Assembly (NCBI GenBank): GCA_035399245.1 | Contig: DAOPIR010000001.1 | Location: forward strand, 1,116-65,115 | Direction of reading: 5' to 3' | Source: Candidatus Limiplasma sp. | GTDB taxonomy: Bacteria > Bacillota > Clostridia > Christensenellales > Aristaeellaceae | Length of the DNA stretch: 64,000 nt | Part shown: positions 55,424-63,528 of the stretch, piece by piece | Position numbering within the stretch: position 1 is the first letter of the stretch | Layout of the letters: the number at the start of each line of letters is the position of its first letter | Notes under the pieces: model-generated | Databases searched by the model: none | The model's input: the letters and a program-made list of their open reading frames with translations, nothing else | What the model was told of the DNA's origin: nothing | Made by a program: the position numbers and the translations under genes

Positions 55424-56311
55424 TTATTGCGCAAAGTGCGCGGCATATCCGTCAATCACCGTCAGCACCGCTTGCAGGATTTCGCCTTCGCTCATCAGCG
55501 GATTGCACTGCTCCAATATGGCGTTTAGCTCTTCCTGGGGCACATAGGTGTCCATATCGCCGAAATTCTGAATGTAATAACTGCCGGCGTTCAAATCCAG
55601 ATAGATCATCACGCCGCTGCGCGCGTCGCCGTCGCCAAAGCCGTGATAGCTGTAAAATTCCTGCATATAATCGCCGTTTTCGTTGCCGGTCATTTCTTCA
55701 TAGGTGGACAGGTACACGAAGTCATGCCCCGTCAGCGCGCGGAAATCCGCAATCGCGCTTTCCAGCGTTTCGGTTTCCTCGTCGGTCAGCATCTCGGCAT
55801 AGTCAAACACGCGGGTGCTCTCCATAATGCCCAGATTGTTCAGCGCCTCGGTCATCATCCGCATCGTCCACGTAAAGCAGCCGACGAAATCGCCGTCATT
55901 GATATACTCCATGCCGTTATCGATCAGATACTGGATATCCTCGTTGACCATCAGGTTTTCCAGATCGCCGAAAACGGTGATGTAGTAATACCCGCCGGTG
56001 TACAGGTCCACATAGCAAAACAGCAGGGTGTTGTTCATGCCCAGGCCCAGCGACTTGGCCGCGGCAAAGTCCTGCGCCAGCTGATAGTAGTCGTCGTATC
56101 CGGTGTCTTCATTGGTCGTCAGGATCACAAAATCATAGCCTGTGTTCTCCTGAAAATCGATGATCTCGGCCTGCAGCGTTTCCGCCTGCTCGTCTGTAAA
56201 CATCTGCGCATAGTCAATCACGCGGGTGTCCGCCGCTTCCTCCTGGGCAAACGCGGCGCAGCCAAGCAGCATAGCAGCTGCCAGCCCCAGCGCCAGTATC
56301 CGTTTCATCAT
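55424..56311 (-). CDS. Lipoprotein with two TPM domains
   Basis: Lipobox LLGC. Two copies of the motif (RVIDYAQMFTDEQAETLQAEIIDFQENTGYDFVILTTNE and RVFDYAEMLTDEETETLESAIADFRALTGHDFVYLSTYE). Confidence 0.8.
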   Translation of the reverse strand: MMKRILALGLAAAMLLGCAAFAQEEAADTRVIDYAQMFTDEQAETLQAEIIDFQENTGYDFVILTTNEDTGYDDYYQLAQDFAAAKSLGLGMNNTLLFCYVDLYTGGYYYITVFGDLENLMVNEDIQYLIDNGMEYINDGDFVGCFTWTMRMMTEALNNLGIMESTRVFDYAEMLTDEETETLESAIADFRALTGHDFVYLSTYEEMTGNENGDYMQEFYSYHGFGDGDARSGVMIYLDLNAGSYYIQNFGDMDTYVPQEELNAILEQCNPLMSEGEILQAVLTVIDGYAAHFAQ

Positions 56312-56325
56312 GGTTTACCCCTCCT

Positions 56326-57378
56326 TTAAAACAGGAAGTACGCCATCAGGCAATATACGCCAAAGCACAGTGCGGACAGCAGCCCGCCGGTCAGCCACAG
56401 CTTGCCGCCGGCGATGGGCAGCTTGCCGCACACCTCGCCGGTGCAGCCGTTCATGGCAAAATAATACGGTTCCTTATCGCCCTGCCGGTGATAGCTGATC
56501 ACCCACGTGGGCAGCAGCACATACTGGCTGTGCGATTGCTTTACCCTGGCGTCCGTGGTGCCGCTGTGCGATTGATAGGAAAGCGACGGGGATAAAAGCG
56601 GCCGTACATAGCCGTCGAGCTCCTGGGGGATATCAGCGGTGGCGTCCGCCACGTCGATATCGCGGCGCTCGGCCACAAAGCCCGCCAGGTACGCGCCCGA
56701 GAACGGCTTCATATCCTCCAGCGGAAACGGATGAATGCCGTCGGACAGCTTGCGGTCGCTGCTCTGGAGCGCCGGCCGCATAAGCCCCCTGAACCTGATA
56801 TCCGCGCGGCGCTTGAAAGCGTAGTGCTGGGTGGTGGTCACGGTATAGTTGGGGGTCTGGGCCACGGAGGTATTGCGGCCTTCGCCCTCGTAGGAGCCGT
56901 CGATCTCGCAGTCGGTTACAAAGTGCGGGTAATACACGCCCTGAATGTTCTTTACCTGGTCCTTGGCAAAAAAACCCTTGGGCACAAACCGCTTTTTGGA
57001 TACCCATTGCATAAAGCGCTCCACCGCCATCTCCTTGCTGATGGTAAACGGCAGCGCCTTTTCGGGCCGCATATCGGCGGTCAGCTTGCCTTCCAGCACA
57101 ATCGGGTTATGGCAATAGTAGCAGTGGGTGGCTACGGTCGTCTCGTCGGTAATCACTTCGCTGCCGCAGCTGGGGCAGTGGTACACAACCTGCGTGGTTT
57201 TTTCGTCCGTTTGCGCGGCCTTTTCACCACCGTGGTCGTGCTCGTGCTCTTTTGCCTTGGCAAGCAATGTTTTTTCGTCAAACACACTGTCGCACGAGTC
57301 GCATTTCCATGCCTGAAGCTCCGGCCGGAACCGCAAATATGACCCGCAGTTGGGACATTGATAGGTTACGCCTGCCAT
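56326..57378 (-). CDS. Double zinc-ribbon protein with a beta-rich domain and a C-terminal TM anchor
   Basis: CPNCGS...CDSCDS and CPSCGS...CYYCHN ribbons. C-terminal TM LWLTGGLLSALCFGVYCLMAYFLF. ATG 57378 follows AGAGGTGA. Confidence 0.7.
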   Translation of the reverse strand: MAGVTYQCPNCGSYLRFRPELQAWKCDSCDSVFDEKTLLAKAKEHEHDHGGEKAAQTDEKTTQVVYHCPSCGSEVITDETTVATHCYYCHNPIVLEGKLTADMRPEKALPFTISKEMAVERFMQWVSKKRFVPKGFFAKDQVKNIQGVYYPHFVTDCEIDGSYEGEGRNTSVAQTPNYTVTTTQHYAFKRRADIRFRGLMRPALQSSDRKLSDGIHPFPLEDMKPFSGAYLAGFVAERRDIDVADATADIPQELDGYVRPLLSPSLSYQSHSGTTDARVKQSHSQYVLLPTWVISYHRQGDKEPYYFAMNGCTGEVCGKLPIAGGKLWLTGGLLSALCFGVYCLMAYFLF

Positions 57379-57577
57379 CGTATCACCTCTTTGGATTTCC
57401 TTGGTTTTCTGCGTTAAGAATAGCATACGGCACATAGGCTGTCAATGAAACGATCGGCCGGCAAAACCGGTTGTGGATGCGGACCGGCAGCAGAATTTGC
57501 TATCCCTTTTTTACCGTTTGTGGTAAGATGTTACTAAATAACATGATATGGCTATGGCCGATGGATAGGAGAATTTT

Positions 57578-58714
57578 ATGATTTCTGTCAATAATATCAA
57601 TTATTGCGATTTATTGCTATTCAGCGTTTTTCTCAACCTGATCATGTATTTTTTCCTCTACAGGCAAAAAGCCATCCAAAGCTATTCCACCAAGCTGTAC
57701 CGGAGTTTCATTTTATCGGTTGCCATCGCGGGATTTTTTGAAGTTTTTTCCTGGATCTTCGCCGATACGGACAACACGGCCCTGATCCCGTTGAACTACA
57801 TCTGCAACCTGTTGTTTTTCTCCTGCAACATCCTGCCCGTAGCCATGGGGCTGCGCTATCTGGATTTTTTGATCTTTGCATCCAAGGGAAAAAACAAAAA
57901 ACGATTTTACCTCTATTTAATTCCGGTTTATGTAAACCTCGGCTTTGTGCTGTGTAACCTGGTTTGGGACGGCCTGCTGTTTTCCATCGACAGCGCCAAT
58001 GTGTACCACCGCGGCATCGGGGTATATATCGGCAACGTGTTTGCCATCCTGTTTGCCAGTGCCGTCATTATCGGATTTTTCCGCAACAAGCAGATGATCA
58101 CAGGCCGGATTACCCAGATTATCCTGACGCTGATCTTGCTGCCGGTTTTGGGCACGGTGCTGCAAACGCTGTTTTACGGCCTGTCGCTGGGCATACCCGC
58201 CTATACGCTGGCACTGTTTATTACGTTTTTGCTGATGGAGCGCTGCGAGCTGCAAAAGGATCCGCTGACGCTGCTCAACTCGCGCATACAGATGGAAAGC
58301 CGGCTGCAGTACAAGCTGAAATCGCAGGAACCGTTTACCGCCATCATGATCGACGTGGACGGCTTTAAGCATATCAACGACGAGTACGGCCACACTACCG
58401 GGGATATCGTATTGAAGGACGTATCCAAAATCCTGCTCTCCGGCGCCAATTACGAGGACTTCGTATGCCGGTTTGGCGGGGATGAGTTTTTCGTGATTCT
58501 GGAATCGCCGCAGGATATCGGCCAGTCCTATATCCGGCGCATCGATCAGGTGCTGCGGGAGTATTCGGCCCGGCAGCCGTTTGCAACCACGCTGAGCTAC
58601 GGGGCCGTGTATGTGGATAACTCCGAGCGCTACCAGGTGGAAGACCTGATCCGCACGACCGATCTGCTGATGTATCAAAACAAGCTCAGCCGCAAGCAGC
58701 CATGCAAATTATAG
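57578..58714 (+). CDS. Membrane-anchored diguanylate cyclase (about 6 TM plus GGDEF)
   Basis: RFGGDEFFVIL and DGFKHINDEYGHTTGD. The N-terminal TM domain is markedly AT-rich: sampled 60-nt blocks give 32-52% GC. Confidence 0.85.
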   Translation: MISVNNINYCDLLLFSVFLNLIMYFFLYRQKAIQSYSTKLYRSFILSVAIAGFFEVFSWIFADTDNTALIPLNYICNLLFFSCNILPVAMGLRYLDFLIFASKGKNKKRFYLYLIPVYVNLGFVLCNLVWDGLLFSIDSANVYHRGIGVYIGNVFAILFASAVIIGFFRNKQMITGRITQIILTLILLPVLGTVLQTLFYGLSLGIPAYTLALFITFLLMERCELQKDPLTLLNSRIQMESRLQYKLKSQEPFTAIMIDVDGFKHINDEYGHTTGDIVLKDVSKILLSGANYEDFVCRFGGDEFFVILESPQDIGQSYIRRIDQVLREYSARQPFATTLSYGAVYVDNSERYQVEDLIRTTDLLMYQNKLSRKQPCKL

Positions 58715-58841
58715 CCATGCCCGCAAAGAAAGCGCAGTTATTGCGGCACACTAAAAAGCCGGCGTGGCCGCGTTGGTTTTCCTTGCGGTATTTTACGGGA
58801 TTGGGTATACTAATCCTATTCTAATCGAAAGGGTCTGCTGC

Positions 58842-59519
58842 ATGCGCAAAACCTACGCGCTCTTTGACTTTGACGGAACGCTAATCGGCGGTGATTCGAT
58901 CCTTCTGTTCATCCGCTACGCCCGGCGCAAAAAGCTGTGCAAGGCGGCGGATATGCTGCGCTTTGCGGCTGCGGGATCGCTGTTTGTGCTTGGGCTGATA
59001 TCGCCGCAGCGCGCCAAGGAAATGGGGCTGCAGTTTCTAAAGGGTCTCAGGCGTGAGCAGTATCTTGCTGTCGCGGAGGATTTTTGCCGCACGGTGCTCG
59101 TGCCGCGCCTGTACCCCCAGGGGATCGCGGCCATCCGCCGCCACCGGCAGGCAGGCCACGACGTGCTGCTGGTCTCCGCGTCGCCCGCGTTTTATCTGAA
59201 CCCGCTCAAGGACATACTCGGCCTGACCGCGGTGCTGGGCACACAGTTTTCCCAGGGGGAGGACGGCTGCTTTGCCGGAACCATGCTCGGCCCCAACTGC
59301 CGCGGCGACCAAAAGCCGCTCCGGCTCCAGGCCTATCTGGACGAAACCGGCGATCAGCTGGACTTTGCAACCTCCTTTGCCTATGGCGACAGCGCCCATG
59401 ACCTGCCCATGCTGCGGCTGTGCGCCCATGCCTGCGCCGTAAACCCCAAACCCAAGCTGCGCCGGCAGCTGCATACCCTAACCAACGTCACCGTTCTTAC
59501 CTGGAAGGAGAAACCGTAA
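58842..59519 (+). CDS. HAD-IB family hydrolase (SerB-like)
   Basis: ALFDFDGTL (motif I), VSASP (motif II) and AYGDSAHDLPML (motif IV). ATG 58842 preferred to the track start. Confidence 0.8.
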   Translation: MRKTYALFDFDGTLIGGDSILLFIRYARRKKLCKAADMLRFAAAGSLFVLGLISPQRAKEMGLQFLKGLRREQYLAVAEDFCRTVLVPRLYPQGIAAIRRHRQAGHDVLLVSASPAFYLNPLKDILGLTAVLGTQFSQGEDGCFAGTMLGPNCRGDQKPLRLQAYLDETGDQLDFATSFAYGDSAHDLPMLRLCAHACAVNPKPKLRRQLHTLTNVTVLTWKEKP

Positions 59520-59521
59520 CC

Positions 59522-60223
59522 ATGCGAATCGCCCTGATTGCCGATCTGCACGGCAACCGTCCCGCTACCGACGCGCTGGAACGCGACCTGACGTTAAAAC
59601 GCCCGGACAAAATCTATTGTCTGGGCGATATCGTGGGCAAAGGTCCCTCCAGCGACTATACCTTCGACTGGGCCATGGCGCACTGCGACCTGGTGCTGGG
59701 CGGCAACTGGGATGTGTTTGTGGGCTATAAATCCTTTGAACCCGATCATTTTTACTGGGAGCAGCTCGGCGAGCAGCGCCTGAACACCCTGCGGGAGCTG
59801 CCGCTGGAAAAAACCATCACGCTCTCGGGCCGCCGCATCCGCCTGTTTCACGGAAGGCCGACCATGGCGCACCTCATCCACGCCCAAAACCCCAAGGAGG
59901 ACATCCTGCCGCTGTTTACCAACGCGGACGGCGAGGATTGCGATGTGGCCGGCTATGCCGACGCGCACCGCCAGTCCCTGCGGTCGCTGGACGACAAGAT
60001 ATTTTTCAACTGCGGCAGCGTGGGCAACGCGCTGGGCCGCCCTAACTGCTGCTACGCCCTGCTGGACGGCGAAGAAACCCCCGATAACGCACCCTTTACC
60101 ATCCAAATGATCCAGATTCCCTACGACCGCGAGCAAGCCGTGCGCGACGCCCAGGCCACCCCGCAGGTAAGCCGTATCGATTCGTTTATCAACGAAGTAA
60201 AAACAGGCAAATACAGCCGGTAA
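59522..60223 (+). CDS. Metallophosphoesterase (YfcE/MJ0936-like)
   Basis: MRIALIADLHGN, GDIVGKGP, GNWD and GSVG motifs. RBS GGAAGGAG. Confidence 0.8.
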   Translation: MRIALIADLHGNRPATDALERDLTLKRPDKIYCLGDIVGKGPSSDYTFDWAMAHCDLVLGGNWDVFVGYKSFEPDHFYWEQLGEQRLNTLRELPLEKTITLSGRRIRLFHGRPTMAHLIHAQNPKEDILPLFTNADGEDCDVAGYADAHRQSLRSLDDKIFFNCGSVGNALGRPNCCYALLDGEETPDNAPFTIQMIQIPYDREQAVRDAQATPQVSRIDSFINEVKTGKYSR

Positions 60224-60271
60224 TCCGGCAAAGCCAGCTCCGCATTGCCGCGCTTGGAAAAGCGGCGGCGC

Positions 60272-60304
60272 AAGCCATGACGCGAAATGCGCATGGCTTT
60301 TTTG
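60272..60304 (+). terminator. Intrinsic terminator
   Basis: AAGCCATG(a)CGC-gaaat-GCGCATGGCTT followed by TTTTT. Confidence 0.8.
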
Positions 60305-60630
60305 ATTATCTTTTAACATAACGCAAGATATCGCGAAAAGTTCAATTGATGTAACTGCTATGTAACCACGATTCGTTATACTAACAGTAGCCTCGGTTGC
60401 ATGGACAGCCCACCCGTTTCTATCCCAACAAAATACGCGCTGTACAAGACACCGCCACTGCATTTATGGAGAAGTGAAAAGGAACAAAGCAAAGAAAGAT
60501 CCTTCCGGCGACATTATAGCCTGCATATTTTGCTTCCCATCATGCCGATAGCAGCGCCCCGCAGGGATACCCGCGTTACTACCGGATGCATAAGGGCGTC
60601 CGATACAATAAACTATGAGGAGGAATACGT

Positions 60631-61083
60631 ATGAAAAAGCTTGTTGCTCTTACCCTGGCGTTACTGCTTACCTTCGGTGTTTCTTTAGCGGCGTTTGCAG
60701 ACAGCGATAATTCCGGTGCGCCTGTATTCACCGTATCAACATCACTGGTATCGGATGCTTACACCATCCGCCTCGGTGAAACCGCCAATCTGACCGCCAC
60801 GACGACGTTTACTTCCCAGAAAAACAGCCAGCAGCTTCATCTGGGCGGCGAAGACTGGGTGATTGTCAACGAAAGCTGGAGCATTCCCTATACCGCGTCC
60901 GGCCGGTTCTTTGAGAGGGAAGCGCAGTTTGTTTCCACTGCTGAGTTCTCCAGCAACACACCCGGCACGTACACCATCACCTATACCATCACGGTTATGC
61001 ATGATCGCTCCGATAAACGCACCTACACCACAACGAGCAGCGTGACCATCACCGTTGAGGGAAACGTCCCCCATCCCGTCTGA
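60631..61083 (+). CDS. Small secreted hypothetical protein (beta-rich, Ig-like guess)
   Basis: Signal peptide MKKLVALTLALLLTFGVSLAAFA, then a T/S-rich region of alternating beta-strand character. RBS GAGGAGG. No recognised motif. Confidence 0.65.
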   Translation: MKKLVALTLALLLTFGVSLAAFADSDNSGAPVFTVSTSLVSDAYTIRLGETANLTATTTFTSQKNSQQLHLGGEDWVIVNESWSIPYTASGRFFEREAQFVSTAEFSSNTPGTYTITYTITVMHDRSDKRTYTTTSSVTITVEGNVPHPV

Positions 61084-61192
61084 TCCCCTCGATTCCCATG
61101 CGAACATCCTGCGTTGATTGCACGGGTGTGTTTAAAAAGTAAACCCTATCGTTTCGATCCTTTCAGCGGCCTGTACAGCCGTATAGCAAGAG

Positions 61193-61227
61193 AGCCTGCA
61201 CTTCATCATGATTTGCAGGCTTTTTTT
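61193..61227 (+). terminator. Intrinsic terminator
   Basis: AGCCTGCA-13 nt-TGCAGGCT followed by TTTTTT. Confidence 0.75.
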
Positions 61228-61240
61228 AGTAAGTATGCAG

Positions 61241-61412
61241 CGTTTCCCCAGGAAACGAGGAATAAAACGTTTGTGCGATGGCGAAGCAGATTTTCGTCAG
61301 ATTGGGTTTGCGAAACCTGAAGTAGCAGCAGCGCTGCATCGAAGGTTTCGCAGACCCAAGCCGGCGGAAATCCGGTCGCCGGCGTGCAAGGGATTTGTTC
61401 CTCGTTTTCCTG
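61241..61412. other. Structured noncoding element of about 170 nt (nested hairpins enclosed by a long-range inverted repeat)
   Basis: Read directly. Hairpin CGTTTCC-cca-GGAAACG (61241-61257). 15-bp stem GGGTTTGCGAAACCT/AGGTTTCGCAGACCC (61304-61357). 7-bp stem GCCGGCG/CGCCGGC (61360-61383). Outer repeat CAGGAAACGAGGAA (61249-61262) against TTCCTCGTTTTCCTG (61398-61412). Confidence 0.55.
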
Positions 61413-61413
61413 C

Positions 61414-62283
61414 CTAAGACAAGTCCACCGGCAGGTCGGTATCTACGAACGGGTCATCCGGATCCTTTGGGGTGTGCTTGGGGGTATAGGAATTGGGCAG
61501 CGGCAGATCGGTCAGGTCCTTGGGCGGCTCCACAATATGCACGTCAATGTAATTCTCGCTGAAGGTAATCGTAGCCGATTCGCCCGCGTGCGTCATGGCG
61601 ATCACCTCGGTATGCTGGGTGCTGGCGCGGCGCGCAAAGTCGATCGCCACCTCGGGGCGGTCCTGCCAGTGCATGGGGATGAACAGGCGCGGTTTTTTGG
61701 AAAGGATGAAGTGGTTTGCGCCGGCGTCGTACATCTCGCCCTGCCGCGGGTCCACGGGGAACATCGCCAGGTCGATCGTGCCGACCGGAATGGGGTCGCA
61801 CGCCTTATAAAACTCTTCCTCGGCGGCCTCGATCTCGCGCAGCGTGCTTTCCTGCCGCCAGTGCCACAGGTTGAGGTCACCCGCGTGGAAGATGTTCATG
61901 CCATAGGCGTTTACCAGAAAACTGACGCCCAGATCGGTGGAAGGATACGCCGTTACGCTGATATCCTTGGCCAGCTCCAGCGTCTCCAGCGGGGCGATGC
62001 GCTTGCCGCGCTTGCCGATGGGCAGATCCGACGATACGATGTAGTTGATGTCGGGCAGCTGCTCGCGCCACTCGTAGATCACCGGATCCAGATGATCGGG
62101 ATGCACGTGGCTGACAAACACATACACTTCCTCAAACACCGATAAAATCTTGGTGTTCAGCTGCCCCACCGGCGACAGACGCCTGCGTTCGCCTTCCCAA
62201 TAGTCAAACACCAGCAAAGTGCTGCCCACCTGCACGGAAAACCCGCTGTTATGGTGATAGGTTACCTTGAGTTGCTTCTCCAT
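61414..62283 (-). CDS. MBL-fold metallo-hydrolase
   Basis: VFVSHVHPDHLD (the HxHxDH motif) plus downstream His/Asp ligand positions. RBS GGAGG sits 6 nt before ATG 62283. Confidence 0.8.
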   Translation of the reverse strand: MEKQLKVTYHHNSGFSVQVGSTLLVFDYWEGERRRLSPVGQLNTKILSVFEEVYVFVSHVHPDHLDPVIYEWREQLPDINYIVSSDLPIGKRGKRIAPLETLELAKDISVTAYPSTDLGVSFLVNAYGMNIFHAGDLNLWHWRQESTLREIEAAEEEFYKACDPIPVGTIDLAMFPVDPRQGEMYDAGANHFILSKKPRLFIPMHWQDRPEVAIDFARRASTQHTEVIAMTHAGESATITFSENYIDVHIVEPPKDLTDLPLPNSYTPKHTPKDPDDPFVDTDLPVDLS

Positions 62284-62610
62284 CCAAAGCCTCCGCGATT
62301 ATGAAATGAAGCTGTAATACTCTGCGCCGTCCCACATTGAAAAGTGTCAGAGATATTACCAGCCGCCCTATGATGAATTCAGCTCTGCAAGCCTATGTTA
62401 TAATCATTCGCACGAAAACTCTTCCCAAGTTTTTCGGGTAGACTATACCACATATGATACAATGTGTCAATACTTACGCCACATCTTGTAATATTTGCTA
62501 TATAATTTCGTTATACATGGTTTGTATTTTTGTTTTGCACCCCGAATGCGGCTGACGAAAACACGCCGGTATGCTATAATGAAACAACACAGGCAAGGAG
62601 GACCGAAATC

Positions 62611-63528
62611 ATGAAAAAGCAACCGATTCTGCTGATCATGGCCGCCGGTATGGGCAGCCGCTACGGTGGCCTGAAACAGATGGATCCCATCGGCGCGCAC
62701 GGCGAATTTATTCTGGATTATTCCCTGTACGACGCCAAACGCGCCGGCTTTGGCCGTGCGGTGCTGGTGATCAAGCGCGAAAACGAAGCGGATTTCCGCC
62801 GTTTGCTTTCGCAGCGCGTGCAGTTTCCCATATCATACGCCTATCAGGAGCTGGACGACCTGCCCGCCGGCTATACGCTGCCGGCAGAGCGCGTCAAGCC
62901 CTGGGGCACGGGCCATGCGGTGCTGGCGGCACGCGATCAGCTGGACGCGCCGTTTTGCGTAATCAATGCCGACGATTTTTACGGTGCGGAGGCGTTTCGC
63001 CTGGCGGTCAGGCACCTGCAGGAGGTGCAGTCCGATGATGATTTTGCCATGATCGGCTATCTGCTTAAAAACACGCTCAGCGAAACGGGGTTCGTGTCGC
63101 GCGGGGTATGCAGCGTATCCGACGACGGGTATCTGCGCTCCATTGCCGAGCGCACGCACATCATTTCCACCGTGGACGGCCCGCTGGTGACCGAGGACGG
63201 AACCACCTACACCCGCCTGAGCGCAAACGCCACCGTCAGCATGAATATGTGGGCGTTTCCCCAGGCGATGACGCGGTATCTCAAGGAGCTTTTCCCCGCG
63301 TTTTTGGATCGCGCGCTGGCGGAAAACGTCGAAAAGGCGGAGTTTTATCTGCCGTATGCGGTAGATGAGCTGCTGCAGGCGGGCCGTGTCCGCGTGAAGG
63401 TATCCCAGACCTCCGAGCGCTGGTACGGCATTACCTACCGGCAGGATCGCCCGCTGGTGGAACAGGCGCTGCAAGCCCTGACACAGCAGGGCCAATATCC
63501 GGACACCTTGTGGGGAGAACACCGCTGA
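62611..63528 (+). CDS. Sugar-phosphate nucleotidyltransferase family protein
   Basis: ILLIMAAGMGSRYGGLKQMDPIG is the G-rich NTP-binding loop. AAGGAGG at 62595-62601. The extended -10 TGCTATAAT lies upstream. Confidence 0.75.
   Translation: MKKQPILLIMAAGMGSRYGGLKQMDPIGAHGEFILDYSLYDAKRAGFGRAVLVIKRENEADFRRLLSQRVQFPISYAYQELDDLPAGYTLPAERVKPWGTGHAVLAARDQLDAPFCVINADDFYGAEAFRLAVRHLQEVQSDDDFAMIGYLLKNTLSETGFVSRGVCSVSDDGYLRSIAERTHIISTVDGPLVTEDGTTYTRLSANATVSMNMWAFPQAMTRYLKELFPAFLDRALAENVEKAEFYLPYAVDELLQAGRVRVKVSQTSERWYGITYRQDRPLVEQALQALTQQGQYPDTLWGEHR

Noticed and set aside
53969-55528. 519-aa plus-strand ORF; similar long antisense ORFs at 18139-19320, 30534-31910, 44227-45426, 50842-52116, 1544-2638, 6199-7305 and 26523-27518
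   Set aside because: All lie opposite genes with recognisable motifs. All have Arg/His/Gln/Ala-rich, motif-free translations and lack ribosome-binding sites. Long open antisense frames are expected at this GC content.
60305-60630. c-di-GMP riboswitch or small ORF (track ORF 60401-60634) upstream of the secreted-protein gene
   Set aside because: I saw no GEMM-I or GEMM-II core motifs such as GCAAA...GGACGCAAAGCC. The 77-aa ORF has no RBS, and its basic, low-complexity translation reads like noncoding DNA.
61114-61417. Track ORFs 61114-61320 and 61208-61417 as genes within the structured region
   Set aside because: The first runs straight through an intrinsic terminator hairpin; the second begins inside it (61193-61227). 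Both cross palindromic stems and have non-ATG or weak starts without an RBS. The inverted-repeat structure explains the sequence better than coding does.
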